From: a virus
IMG/VR virus record: IMGVR_UViG_3300025012_000003
Reading direction: 5' to 3' (one strand)
Length of the DNA stretch: 64,000 bases
Position 1 is the first letter of the stretch, and each line of letters begins with the position of its first letter. Below are positions 11,374 through 21,169 of this stretch, piece after piece. Both the position numbers and the translations under genes were made by a program. The notes below the pieces were generated by a model. The model worked only from the letters and a program-made list of their open reading frames with translations, did not search any database and was not told the DNA's origin.

Positions 11374-12887
11374 TATTCTTCACCCTCTTTGTGTATAAAA
11401 TTAGTAATAGAATATTTAACAGCAGATAATGTTTCATCTGCAAAATATTCTTCATCAAAACCATCCCAACCATATCTAGGTTCCCATATTTTTATTAGAT
11501 ATCCTTTGTTCTTAGACATTGTATAGTAAGGTAAAAATCCTTCATCTTGAATACTACTAAAATCATCTGCATAATCTACAGTGTCTTTTATATCTTCCAT
11601 ATTAAAATTAACTATAAAGTTATCATTTTCCCTAATTATGTCAGGAAAAGTATCTTTAAGAGTATTCATAATGGTATCGTAGGCTTCCGATTCTGTACCT
11701 GATGTTTTAGCATTTCTAGCACTACTACTTATCTCATCCAACATTTCTTCTATATCGTCGAACCCCGATTTTTCTTTGAGTTCTTCTAATTTATCTTCGT
11801 CTCTACCATCTTCGAAATAATCTACTATGTCATTAAACGATAAATGAATTTTATATAAATACTCATCTATGTCTGAGCGTTTACTATTTTTCATATTTTT
11901 TAATTCATATCCGATACTACCATTGTCTATATCCACATCTAGGAAAAAGTCATTATCCCCAGAAAGTATTGCATAAGCTGAATCGGGACTAACATAATCC
12001 CCTCTATTCCCTTCAGTAACAGTATCATTTAAGAAACTGTCTATATTTCTTTCATATTTTATATTTTTAGTTTCTGGGTCATACGTTAATCCATCATCTA
12101 TTTTCTCTAAAAATTTTATTATCTCTTCGTCAGTATGTTCTCCTATTAGAAAGAAAAATTGAGGAGTGCTTTCTAATATACTAGGATTATTTTTAGCTAA
12201 TTTTAAGAAATACTCCATAAGAGAAGGACGTTCCTCCAAAAATTCTATCATATTAATTTGACGGTCATTCTTATCCATGAATTGTTGAGATTCGAAATGA
12301 AACTGATATTTTTCGGTAGGGTCTTCTTTATTTATAATTATAAATAAATCCCCATCTTCAGTATAACTATCGTAGTAGCTACGAGTATTGCTAGTAGCTG
12401 TGCACCAAGAAGTCCCCGCTCCTAATTTACAAGAAGCTTCGTAGGAAGTAGGAGTCCATATCTGCCATTTATCATCCTCAAATAAAAGTTTAGCATCTTT
12501 CATACCCTGCTTTTTTAACTCTCTCTGCTGTTGTCTGGCTGATAGTTCAGTATCTTCCCCAGATATTTGTTGTAGAGCATTGTACAAATCAGGAAGAGAT
12601 TTGAATTGAAATATATCTTTATTAGTAAATTTCTTTTTATTTTCTTCGAAAGAGTTTAAGTACTCAGTAACTTTATAGAAATCTTCTTCCTTTAAGTTTC
12701 CTTTATTGTATATAGAAAGAATCCACCTACCGTAGTTACCTAGATTCTCATTACCTTTGTAGGTAGGGTCTAGGGCTATAAGCTTTCTAATCATATCTTC
12801 CTCTATATTAGGAAAATATTTTTTAATCTCCGCAATACCTTCATATATTAATTTATCAACCAACTTTGTAATCTTATTAAAGTTCAT
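11373..12887 (-). CDS. PcfJ-like/WCT-domain phage protein, paralog 1
   Basis: YEASCKLGAGTSWCTA...KYQFHFESQQFMD; strong similarity to 21869..23464. Confidence 0.55.
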   Translation of the reverse strand: MNFNKITKLVDKLIYEGIAEIKKYFPNIEEDMIRKLIALDPTYKGNENLGNYGRWILSIYNKGNLKEEDFYKVTEYLNSFEENKKKFTNKDIFQFKSLPDLYNALQQISGEDTELSARQQQRELKKQGMKDAKLLFEDDKWQIWTPTSYEASCKLGAGTSWCTATSNTRSYYDSYTEDGDLFIIINKEDPTEKYQFHFESQQFMDKNDRQINMIEFLEERPSLMEYFLKLAKNNPSILESTPQFFFLIGEHTDEEIIKFLEKIDDGLTYDPETKNIKYERNIDSFLNDTVTEGNRGDYVSPDSAYAILSGDNDFFLDVDIDNGSIGYELKNMKNSKRSDIDEYLYKIHLSFNDIVDYFEDGRDEDKLEELKEKSGFDDIEEMLDEISSSARNAKTSGTESEAYDTIMNTLKDTFPDIIRENDNFIVNFNMEDIKDTVDYADDFSSIQDEGFLPYYTMSKNKGYLIKIWEPRYGWDGFDEEYFADETLSAVKYSITNFIHKEGEE

Positions 12888-12912
12888 ATAACATACCCAT
12901 CAAACATTTATC

Positions 12913-12928
12913 CTATTTATAATTTAAA
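12913..12928 (-). promoter_or_regulatory. Late-type promoter motif (TTTAAATTATAAATAG, contains T4-like TATAAATA)
   Basis: Upstream of the 12887-8822 operon; same motif at 21836, 24400, 40120, 41741, 52261. Confidence 0.55.
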
Positions 12929-13341
12929 AGAAATGTAGTAGAATTGTTTAAAAACTACTACATTTTATTTATTAAGTTTACAGTTACTATTTATGGGTTA
13001 TTGTAGCTATCCTTAAGCCCCCATCGGTGGTAAGTCTCACATCATATACTTCAGGGTCTCCTCCTTTTTTGAGGTAATCTTCTATATAGTCATTAACTTT
13101 TTTTTCCAATACGTCTAACTGTAGACTAGTTTGAAAAAATTTTACTTTCATGCTCTTTCTCCTTTTATAACTTTTATGAGATGTTCCACGAAATCGTATG
13201 TGTCCTGATAGAAGTCCAATGTTACTACGGGAATAAGAATACCATCATCTCCTTTAGCATCCGTTGTTTTGGACAACACTTTCATTTCTTTACTTTCATC
13301 ATCAATCTCAATGATGTAACATGAATCTTCGTAATATTTCA

Positions 13342-13983
13342 TTAAGGTAAGTTTCCTCCAGTTATTAATTGTCCAGAACAAGCCCATCCTGTCTTATCTT
13401 TCTGACAATCATTTGTGTATCCTTTTAAATATATAGGATAAGCATCGTTGGGAGAATCAACTCTATTAGCAACAATACCTGTAGAAGTAATCCAGAAATA
13501 GAATACATCTTCTCCAGCGACACTTTTACCTTTAACTCCGTCTACATTTACTAGTATATCTCCGCATATATTATTCATGTGTTGTTGAGCATAATCACAA
13601 TTAGGAAATATCATTCTTGGCATTATAACGATTCCGTTAGCCAGAGCATACTTCTCATTATTAAATGTTTCTGGGAACATGCTACCGTCTTGTAAGGATA
13701 CATTTCTTAATCCAAGACTGTTATCATTACCCGAAGCAGTTTTTAAAACTACTAAATATTTTTTTAAAAAATCACTATTTAAATTTTTAAGAGTTCCTCC
13801 ATTATCGTTAGAAGCCATTTGTCCCGCATTACTTAATACACTGGCTATTACTTGTACTTGACTTCTTCTTTTAATATCTCTTATCTTTGTAACAGTTGTA
13901 GGGATTGTCAGAGCACATATAACTCCGATGATAACTAACACTAGCAGAGTCTCTGCAAAAGTAAAACCATTTCTTCTTTTCAT
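13342..13983 (-). CDS. Type IV pilin-like protein (prepilin N-terminal cleavage/methylation domain)
   Basis: KRRNG|FTFAE class III signal with E+5, hydrophobic helix, C-terminal ICGDILVNVDGVKG..GEDVFYF motif. Confidence 0.85.
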   Translation of the reverse strand: MKRRNGFTFAETLLVLVIIGVICALTIPTTVTKIRDIKRRSQVQVIASVLSNAGQMASNDNGGTLKNLNSDFLKKYLVVLKTASGNDNSLGLRNVSLQDGSMFPETFNNEKYALANGIVIMPRMIFPNCDYAQQHMNNICGDILVNVDGVKGKSVAGEDVFYFWITSTGIVANRVDSPNDAYPIYLKGYTNDCQKDKTGWACSGQLITGGNLP

Positions 13984-13984
13984 T

Positions 13985-14080
13985 TTAATCTCCTTTTATT
14001 TAACCTTACCTAATTAGTATAGCAAAGAAAAAGGACTTTTTCAAGTCCTAAGTTACATAAGGTTAAGCTATTGTTACAAT
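13985..14080 (-). promoter_or_regulatory. Terminator/promoter cassette driving the pilin gene
   Basis: AGGAC-TTGAAAAA-GTCCT hairpin with T run; -35 14044-14039, 17 bp, TATACT 14021-14016; ATTGTTACAAT box 14070-14080. Confidence 0.75.
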
Positions 14081-14361
14081 TAAATTAATTCTATTAGTTT
14101 ATTAAATCTATAGACAAATATTAAATCTTTTGGATTTTCTACCCCTTCAAAATCTGAATTATCTTTAAATATATTTTTAATTTCAGATATTTGATTCTTA
14201 CTGGGTATTCCTTCTATAGAGTAACTTATAGTTACTTCATAGTTTTCTTCTTCGGCATTCTCTAAATTAATGCCCCGCTCTTTTAACTTGTCTCTTAACT
14301 CTTCGATGTATATCTTTAAGTACCCATCTTCGAGTATCTTCTTTAATTTCTTATATGACAT
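14080..14361 (-). CDS. Hypothetical protein with basic N-terminal leader
   Basis: MSYKKLKKILEDG. Confidence 0.7.
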   Translation of the reverse strand: MSYKKLKKILEDGYLKIYIEELRDKLKERGINLENAEEENYEVTISYSIEGIPSKNQISEIKNIFKDNSDFEGVENPKDLIFVYRFNKLIELI

Positions 14362-14370
14362 GGTTCCTCC

Positions 14371-14919
14371 CTATTTTTTGAAAACGCTTACGTCATCATC
14401 CTTACCAGTTTTAAATGAGTTTTCTGTTCTTGTGGATGTTACTATAGTTACATCTATTTCATCCCTTCCAATAATTTTAAGGAATAATCCACTTGGGAAT
14501 TGTCTTAAGAGTTGCTTATGCTGTCTATTCAAGTCAAGAAGTTCTTTCTGTCTCATTGTAAAAGAGTCTCTTGAAGATGTTATAATATTCTGCAAATTTT
14601 GAAATGTTTTAGTATCTACATTAGGAACTGACTCCTGAACCCAGTTCATAATAGCCTGACCAGAATCTTTGCCTTTTCTGGCATCTGCATAACCAACTAT
14701 TATCTCTTTAAGAGCATCTTTTTGACCTTGTGTTACTTCAGCCACTTGACTAATTTTCTTAAACATATTGTCATATTCGCTGGCATTGTCTTCTTGTTTG
14801 GTTTCAATAGCTGTCCTAAGAGTTACCTCTTGGTTGGAATAATTTACGAACATACTTCCGACAAAGAACACCGCCACTATAACTATTGTAATAATACCTA
14901 ATAAAATTCTAACTAACAT
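14371..14919 (-). CDS. LemA-like membrane-anchored protein
   Basis: N-terminal TM, helical body, YSNQE...FPSG motifs as in LemA. Confidence 0.55.
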   Translation of the reverse strand: MLVRILLGIITIVIVAVFFVGSMFVNYSNQEVTLRTAIETKQEDNASEYDNMFKKISQVAEVTQGQKDALKEIIVGYADARKGKDSGQAIMNWVQESVPNVDTKTFQNLQNIITSSRDSFTMRQKELLDLNRQHKQLLRQFPSGLFLKIIGRDEIDVTIVTSTRTENSFKTGKDDDVSVFKK

Positions 14920-15395
14920 AATTTCTCCTTCTTTTATTTCTTCTTATACTATAACATAATTAAATTTATTTTTAAAGTGTTTGTTAAGAAATATTAATCC
15001 AAATAAGTTTCATGTCCTTTTTGGATAGCCCTATTTGTCCTTTCATTATTTAAATAGACTAATCCACATCCAGAACAAACCATCCAAGGGATACATTTTA
15101 ATTTTCTGGGTTTATGGGGTTCCCATTTTATTTTAGGTTGTTCCTTCATTAATCCTTACCTGTATAAAAGTATAACGATGTTTCTATAGTAAAAGGTATC
15201 TCTAAATTAAATAAAAACATATCACAACACTTACATCCATTTACATATCTAAACCAAAAATCATCTACTGATATGGGTATGAGATACAATTTAAATTGAG
15301 CTTCCCTGAAGGGGATACTAATAGAAAACCCAAATAAACAATACTTAAATAAATATATTCTTAAAAAATCAAATATTTCCAGTTCAAACATCTTG

Positions 15396-18118
15396 TTACT
15401 CCGTTAGTTCTATCAAAGACCTTATTACTTCTATAGATATATCTCTATATTCTTCTGTATTTTTAGGGTTAAAACAATCAGCTACCAAATTTAATACTTT
15501 ATTAAATTTTGAATAGGATTTCTCTCGTGTGTTGTCTATCATGTCTACAGGAATAAATAGTTTAGCAGAAGATTTAAAAGTAAATTCTATGCCAATCCAC
15601 TCACTTTCTGAGTTTTCACTAAATTTACTTATCTTGATAACATATCCAGCTACTTCTTTAGTATCTATTATTCCGTTCCCTATTATATTTATTATCACAG
15701 CACAAGTTCTCTCATCATAGTGTATGTTGTTTTGACTCCTTTACATCTTAAGTATATTTCAAACTTATCATTTATATTAGTTGTAGAGTCATACCTATAT
15801 TTTATAAATCCTACTCCAACACCATAAATAACACTAGAAGTGTGTTGAAGGAATAAAGGTACGTTATTATTTTTCAATACTACTAACACTTTAGAAGCAG
15901 GTTTATTAGCTTGTAGTGTCTTCATCAATTCTCTAGTATCTTTTCCATACTCTATAAGAGTCTTATCTACTCTAGGAATATGTTCTCTAAATAAAACCAT
16001 ATCGAAAGAACTGTTGGCTTCATAGGATATATCTGAATTTTCCACATAAGGATTTATGTAGGTAATAACATTACCCTCCCATATAGCTTCTTCTACCTTT
16101 AAAAATCCTATTAAAGAATCTAATTCTAATCTAAAATTCATCCAATTAGCTCCCACATTGTTAGTCGAGTAGTTAATTCCTCTTCGTTATCAAACTGAAT
16201 GTAAGTAGGATTAATTTTCTTACTTAAATGTATATCGGGTAACATTTTTTGAATCCATTTGTCTTTTTCATTTCTTATAATGACACAATAATCTTTATTA
16301 ACAAATAAGTAAAATTTAGTTTTATCAAACATTAAATCGAAAACACTCATGATACAAGTTCTCTCATAGCTACCAGTTTAATCATGAACTCCCCGTAGCT
16401 TTTAATGTCTTTAAATATTTTTAACTTGCATCCATCTTTTATGTTACTGTTTATAAAATGCTCTGCATCCCAATTATTCATAGTGTTTACTAATTCACAG
16501 TTATGGTCGTAAGCCACGTAACACAGAGAAGTAACATTTTTAATAACATAATATGAATCGTCGTCATATACTACATAAAAATAATTTGGGTTTATATCTT
16601 TTATTTTCCTACTCATATAATCTCCTAATAAAATAGAGTTGTTACCAACTCTGGGGGAAAAAGGGAAAGGGGTTTATTATTTTATTAACTCTTTTATTAC
16701 TCTTTCGTTAGTTATACAATCTTGGTTATGATATCTCTTGCTACTGTACCACATACCCGTTTTTTCTTTAATATTTATACAACTGTTTCCTTTGTCTATC
16801 CATTTTTTACACCCATCACAAACAAAAGATTTTCTACTCTTTTTTACATAAATTACTTGTCTAGCACTCGTATCCATTAAAGTTTTTCTCCGCATAATAT
16901 ACAATGATGATTCATTTGACAAGTGTAGCAAATATTGGTAAATCTTGTTTTGAACTTCTTTTTACAAACTTTGCATTTTACTTCTATGGCTTCTTCCCTC
17001 TTCAAATCTTTCTTTTCGCATTTGTTACACTTCATCTTTATCAAACTTTCTTTTGTTGTACTATAAATATACCACAATTAATTAATTTTTACAAGTATTT
17101 GTAAACTTATTGTTACATTATTCTACTAGTTCTTGCATTGTTTTTCTAATTATATTAAGTTTCTTCATGGTATTATTAGCTTTTCTCTGGAGTCTCGCCC
17201 TATTATACCCAATAAAAGAGATATGTGTTTTATTTTTATCTTTTTTATCCCTCACATACTCTTCCATCTCTCTAATTTTACAAGTAGGAACAAGTCTGGG
17301 GAAATCTTCATCTGTTTTTATTTCTATTCCACTATGGCTTTCTGTAGCTTCCACGGTACATTTAACTCCTACGGAGTACTCTTTGTATTCATCAAGGGTG
17401 AAATATTCAACATAAGCCCTAGATTCTATTTCTTGTTCCATAAATTTATGATTATATTCATCTCTCAATCTATTAGCTTCATAACAAGAAGTAAATATGC
17501 CTACTAATTCGGTAGTTCTGGTAGAGAAACAACCTCCATTATACTTAAGGGAACCATAGTGAACCCACATATTATCAACATCTTCATGAATTAAATATAA
17601 AGTATAAACAACATTATCCATTATTCTACTAGCTCCTGCATTGTTTCATAGTGGGGGAAAGCATCTAAAAATATTTCAGAATGCCATATAATCATACTCA
17701 CTAATTGTTCATATTCTATTTTATTCATGAATTCTTCTTTAGCTTCTTCTAGCATTTCTGCCTTATGTAATGCTCTTGACATTACAGGAGTTAAATTAGA
17801 CTCTGTTTCAAAAACCTTATCAGGAAGTAACTTAAAATTCTTAAAAACATCTTGAGCTATTAGATTAGCCGTGGCTTTAGTAGCTTCTCTTGAAGTAGCC
17901 AGTTTCATTTGTGGATACCCTCCCACAAACCTTGTTCTCATCCTAACTTCAGTATCCCACACACTACGCATAGCCATATCAATAGCCATAACATACTCTG
18001 AAGAATTAGTGGTTTTAACTATAGGTTTAGGAAATTTAATATTATTTTTACCATATAAGTTATTATTGTGAACGTGCCCTAATTTATTTAAGTGCATTCC
18101 AAAAGGCTTTTTACCCAT
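15396..18118 (-). CDS. Array of small ORFs, 7 with the MxEL[VIT]x tail (15396, 15695, 16138, 16347, 16677, 17118, 17621) plus a Zn-finger ORF (16877)
   Basis: ORF track and shared C-termini. Confidence 0.85.
17066..17117 (-). promoter_or_regulatory. sigma70-type promoter with upstream TGTAAA-N6-GTTACA box
   Basis: TTGTAA 17094-17089, 17 bp, TG-TATATT 17071-17066; box 17100-17117. Confidence 0.6.
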
Positions 18119-18140
18119 ATATTATTTCCTTTCTAAAATT

Positions 18141-18204
18141 AGTATAGCAAAGAAAAAGGACTTTTTCAAGTCCTAGGTCATGAGTATTAAATTATTGTTA
18201 CAAA
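18141..18204 (-). promoter_or_regulatory. Terminator/promoter cassette, core identical to the 14016-14050 copy
   Basis: TTGAAAAAGTCCTTTTTCTTTGCTATACTAATT repeated exactly; ATTGTTACAAA box 18194-18204. Confidence 0.75.
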
Positions 18205-18525
18205 TTATCCTTTAAATCTTTTTTCTTCTTTTAATTCATGTATCATATCATATTTAAGCATTATATCTTTCCATTCTTCATTACCCTCAAACATTTCACA
18301 TCCTATACCATGTCTTCCAGATAGCATAAAACTCTCTGTTTCATTGTATGTAAAAGAACATACATAACAATAGGAAGTAGAAATGGATTTTCCGTTGTGC
18401 CACGGGTGCCCGCACACGAGTCTGTGGTGGATACATTGACAACAACAGCCTATACAGGGCATACCCGTTGAAGGTTCGTAGGTATAGTGAGGAAATTTAT
18501 CTATATTATACTTTTTTATACCCAT
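18205..18525 (-). CDS. Cys/His-rich metal-binding hypothetical protein
   Basis: CIGCCCQCIHH..CGH...CYVC...C. Confidence 0.55.
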   Translation of the reverse strand: MGIKKYNIDKFPHYTYEPSTGMPCIGCCCQCIHHRLVCGHPWHNGKSISTSYCYVCSFTYNETESFMLSGRHGIGCEMFEGNEEWKDIMLKYDMIHELKEEKRFKG

Positions 18526-18863
18526 AATCGTAATCTCGCCAAAGATTTAGGGAGAGTAGTCTCTTCTATCGGATAAATTACTATACCTGTAAGAGTTCTT
18601 CCTTCGAATTCAGTAAATCCCTCGTCTATTATATCATGATAAGGGATATTATTATCTTCTAAAGTCTTTCTAAGGTTGTTTAATTTCTCTAAAGAAGAAA
18701 TTTTTAATAAAATCTTTCTTCTATAAGATTCTTGTACCCATTTAGCATGGTTATCTTTAGCTCCAGACCAAATAAAATCTACTCCGTGTCCTACCTGAAT
18801 ACTCATTTTAGCAGGAGACATATTTAAGTCTTCTCTTAATAAAAAATATGCTTTAACGACCAT
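18516..18863 (-). CDS. pth2: Peptidyl-tRNA hydrolase, Pth2 (archaeal/eukaryotic-type) family
   Basis: REDLNMSPAKMSIQVGHG, RKILLK, IIDEGFTEF..TLTGIVIYP...LRLW motifs. Confidence 0.85.
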   Translation of the reverse strand: MVVKAYFLLREDLNMSPAKMSIQVGHGVDFIWSGAKDNHAKWVQESYRRKILLKISSLEKLNNLRKTLEDNNIPYHDIIDEGFTEFEGRTLTGIVIYPIEETTLPKSLARLRLWV

Positions 18864-18999
18864 ATAATACTCCTAAAGACATTGTTTTAATAAGTCTTCT
18901 CTGCTCGGGAGTTATCTCTGCCATAGGTATTTTATAATACTCACAAGCCATTCTTTTATAAACATCATATTTTGGTGGGATTTCGTAAGTTTTCTTCAT
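18853..18999 (-). CDS. 48-aa mini-protein resembling the family A DNA polymerase fingers (O-helix, motif B); not in ORF track
   Basis: MKKTYEIPPKYDVYKRMACEYYKIPMAEITPEQRRLIKTMSLGVLYGR; AGGA SD; overlaps both neighbours. Confidence 0.65.
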   Translation of the reverse strand: MKKTYEIPPKYDVYKRMACEYYKIPMAEITPEQRRLIKTMSLGVLYGR

Positions 19000-20101
19000 A
19001 TTTTATCCTATACTGGTTATCTAATTGACCTACATATTCATGAGAATAGCACAGTCTTCTTGTGTCTAATTTCATGTGGTGCCATAAATCTTTTTTACTT
19101 TGTTTTTGTGATTTCTCTCTACTTTTTAAATTAGTGGAAGTTGGTCTCCATAAGTTACTATTTTGTCTATACTCTCCCATTCTGATATGGGCTGTTTTAG
19201 AAAAATATCTATAACCTTGATTTAAAAACATCTCTCCGATGCTGTCAGAAAATCTAGTTCCAATACCCATTCCTTGATAGTCGGGTAAAACTACTAATCT
19301 ACTTTCTCTAAATTTATTTCTATCGTCCCCTTCGTACAGAGGAGGAATTCTACTGGGAAGAGACAAATTTCCAGAAAATACTATTTCCTGATTTCCCCAT
19401 AATCCTACATAACATCTAGCTGCTTTATTCATATCATTATTCAGATAATGATGTTTTGAGAACAAGTTCCAAGTTTTATAATCTGTTTCGTATATGTCGA
19501 TTTTAATTTGAGGTCTGCATCGAAGTAACCTCCGTTCGGTTAATTGTCCAGAATCGGTATCAAAAATCCAATCTGGGTCTAACCATTCCACTATATCTCT
19601 ATGACAACTTGATATAGTTATATTCTTTAAATTATTCTTTCTTATATATTTAGATATCGCAACAGAGCAAGCTTTGGCTACATTTCTATCCACCACAGAA
19701 GTAAATTCATCTATGATAGCATTATCTCTAAGAGCCATAGCTAATTCCGCTCTAAATTTTTCACCATTGGATAAGACATAATAGGGTTTAGTCCAAGAGG
19801 GTATAGTATTTAAACCCACCGCTGATAGTTTATCTATAGCTTCTTCTGGGCTATTGAAATGACTTGCAATACATTTATCATAATCCCACACACTATGAAG
19901 TTCTTTCCCGAATTCTCTAAGAAGCGTAGTTTTACCACTACCTGAAGAACCTACTATCAAACCAATGTTGTAGTTGCTATCAGAAAGTATGGGTTTTTCC
20001 CAACAATTAAATATACTAACTCCACTGAATTCATAATCAAAACATTTAGATATTTTTTCAGTGTATTCATCAGTTTTAACAGTACATTTAACTTGTCTCA
20101 C
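18965..20101 (-). CDS. ABC-type ATPase fused to a GNAT-like acetyltransferase
   Basis: Walker A GSSGSGKT, LSNGE signature, Walker B IIDEF, SCH loop; SRLVVLPDYQGMGIG acetyl-CoA motif. Confidence 0.85.
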   Translation of the reverse strand: MRQVKCTVKTDEYTEKISKCFDYEFSGVSIFNCWEKPILSDSNYNIGLIVGSSGSGKTTLLREFGKELHSVWDYDKCIASHFNSPEEAIDKLSAVGLNTIPSWTKPYYVLSNGEKFRAELAMALRDNAIIDEFTSVVDRNVAKACSVAISKYIRKNNLKNITISSCHRDIVEWLDPDWIFDTDSGQLTERRLLRCRPQIKIDIYETDYKTWNLFSKHHYLNNDMNKAARCYVGLWGNQEIVFSGNLSLPSRIPPLYEGDDRNKFRESRLVVLPDYQGMGIGTRFSDSIGEMFLNQGYRYFSKTAHIRMGEYRQNSNLWRPTSTNLKSREKSQKQSKKDLWHHMKLDTRRLCYSHEYVGQLDNQYRIKYEENLRNPTKI

Positions 20102-20104
20102 TGA

Positions 20105-20326
20105 CTAACCTCTCTCATCAAATTCCTCTGTCATCTCTTCATAGAATTCACAATCTTCAACAGATTCCAATATTTCTTCACAAAATTGTTTTCTTTTGGA
20201 GCAAAAGAATTCTAAGTTAAAAGCATACCCTCCATCATTGGTATCTCCCTCTCCTAGGGTTTTTAATCCCGAATGATTACAATTAGAACAATTCTTTTCT
20301 TCTAAACAATCCCTATTTCCACACAT
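20105..20326 (-). CDS. Cys-rich small protein (probable start MCGNRDC at 20326)
   Basis: A TTGACA-17-TATAAT promoter and AAGGAA SD lie inside the longer called ORF. Confidence 0.55.
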   Translation of the reverse strand: MCGNRDCLEEKNCSNCNHSGLKTLGEGDTNDGGYAFNLEFFCSKRKQFCEEILESVEDCEFYEEMTEEFDERG

Positions 20327-20382
20327 AACTATATTCCTTTTTAAAAACATTATATCACGGTATTTATAAAATGTCAAGCAAT

Positions 20383-20457
20383 AAAAAAGTAGTTAAGTCT
20401 GTAGGGCAAACAGCTACATTTTTAACTACTATAAGAGAAAAGGCAAAAAATGTGTAT
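20383..20457 (-). ncRNA. Possible ~75-nt small RNA or attenuator
   Basis: TTGACA-16-TATAAT (20491-20464) followed by a compound hairpin AGTAGTTAA..TGTAG/CTACA..TTAACTACT and U-tract. Confidence 0.4.
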
Positions 20458-20500
20458 ACTTTTATTATAGCACTATTTAATTATTTGTCAAGATGTCAAT

Positions 20501-21169
20501 TTAAAATTCGTAAATATCCCCAGTAACTTCTCTTATTGTAACTTCGAACATCGTAGAATTTTCTGGGGACTCTTCTACTTCCAAAGAGTATTTACCATGT
20601 CTTAGATAATCAGACAATGCTTCTATAAGGTCATCCTTACTTATTCTTTCATTGTTATTGTCTGAAAGTTTATGCCACACTTTATATACATTGGGTAATA
20701 TTCTACTGTATATCAAGTCGTTATCCTTGTCATATTTATCTTTTATTATAACTTTATAGATTCTGTCTTTTACTTCATTAAGTTTTGTTATAGCTCTGTT
20801 AATTCTTATTCTTTCTAAAGTCTCTGAATCTTTCTGACCATTTCCCATATTAGATTCTGGGTCTATAAGAGTTATATCATATCCTTTAGTTGTTTTACTT
20901 ATCCTTACATCGTGGTCATCTTGAGATTGTTTTACAGTATTCAACATATCTTCATTACTTAATTCCGATTCAAAATCAGGTTCATTTCTCTTATATAGAC
21001 TTTTAGCTACATGGAAAGTATCTTTGTCTAATCTCGTATAAACAAAATCAGTATCTCCGCTAGTATTCAGATAGAATACATTTTGTACTTCGGGAAATAC
21101 ATAATCTAATCCTTTTAGAGGAACGTCCGACTTTACATAATCAAGTAATTCTAATATTCTTTTTAACAT
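20501..21169 (-). CDS. Hypothetical protein with internally repeated domain and basic leader
   Basis: MLKRILELLD; two similar halves (F.Y..L....F.V / LIYSRILPNVYKV). Confidence 0.6.
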   Translation of the reverse strand: MLKRILELLDYVKSDVPLKGLDYVFPEVQNVFYLNTSGDTDFVYTRLDKDTFHVAKSLYKRNEPDFESELSNEDMLNTVKQSQDDHDVRISKTTKGYDITLIDPESNMGNGQKDSETLERIRINRAITKLNEVKDRIYKVIIKDKYDKDNDLIYSRILPNVYKVWHKLSDNNNERISKDDLIEALSDYLRHGKYSLEVEESPENSTMFEVTIREVTGDIYEF

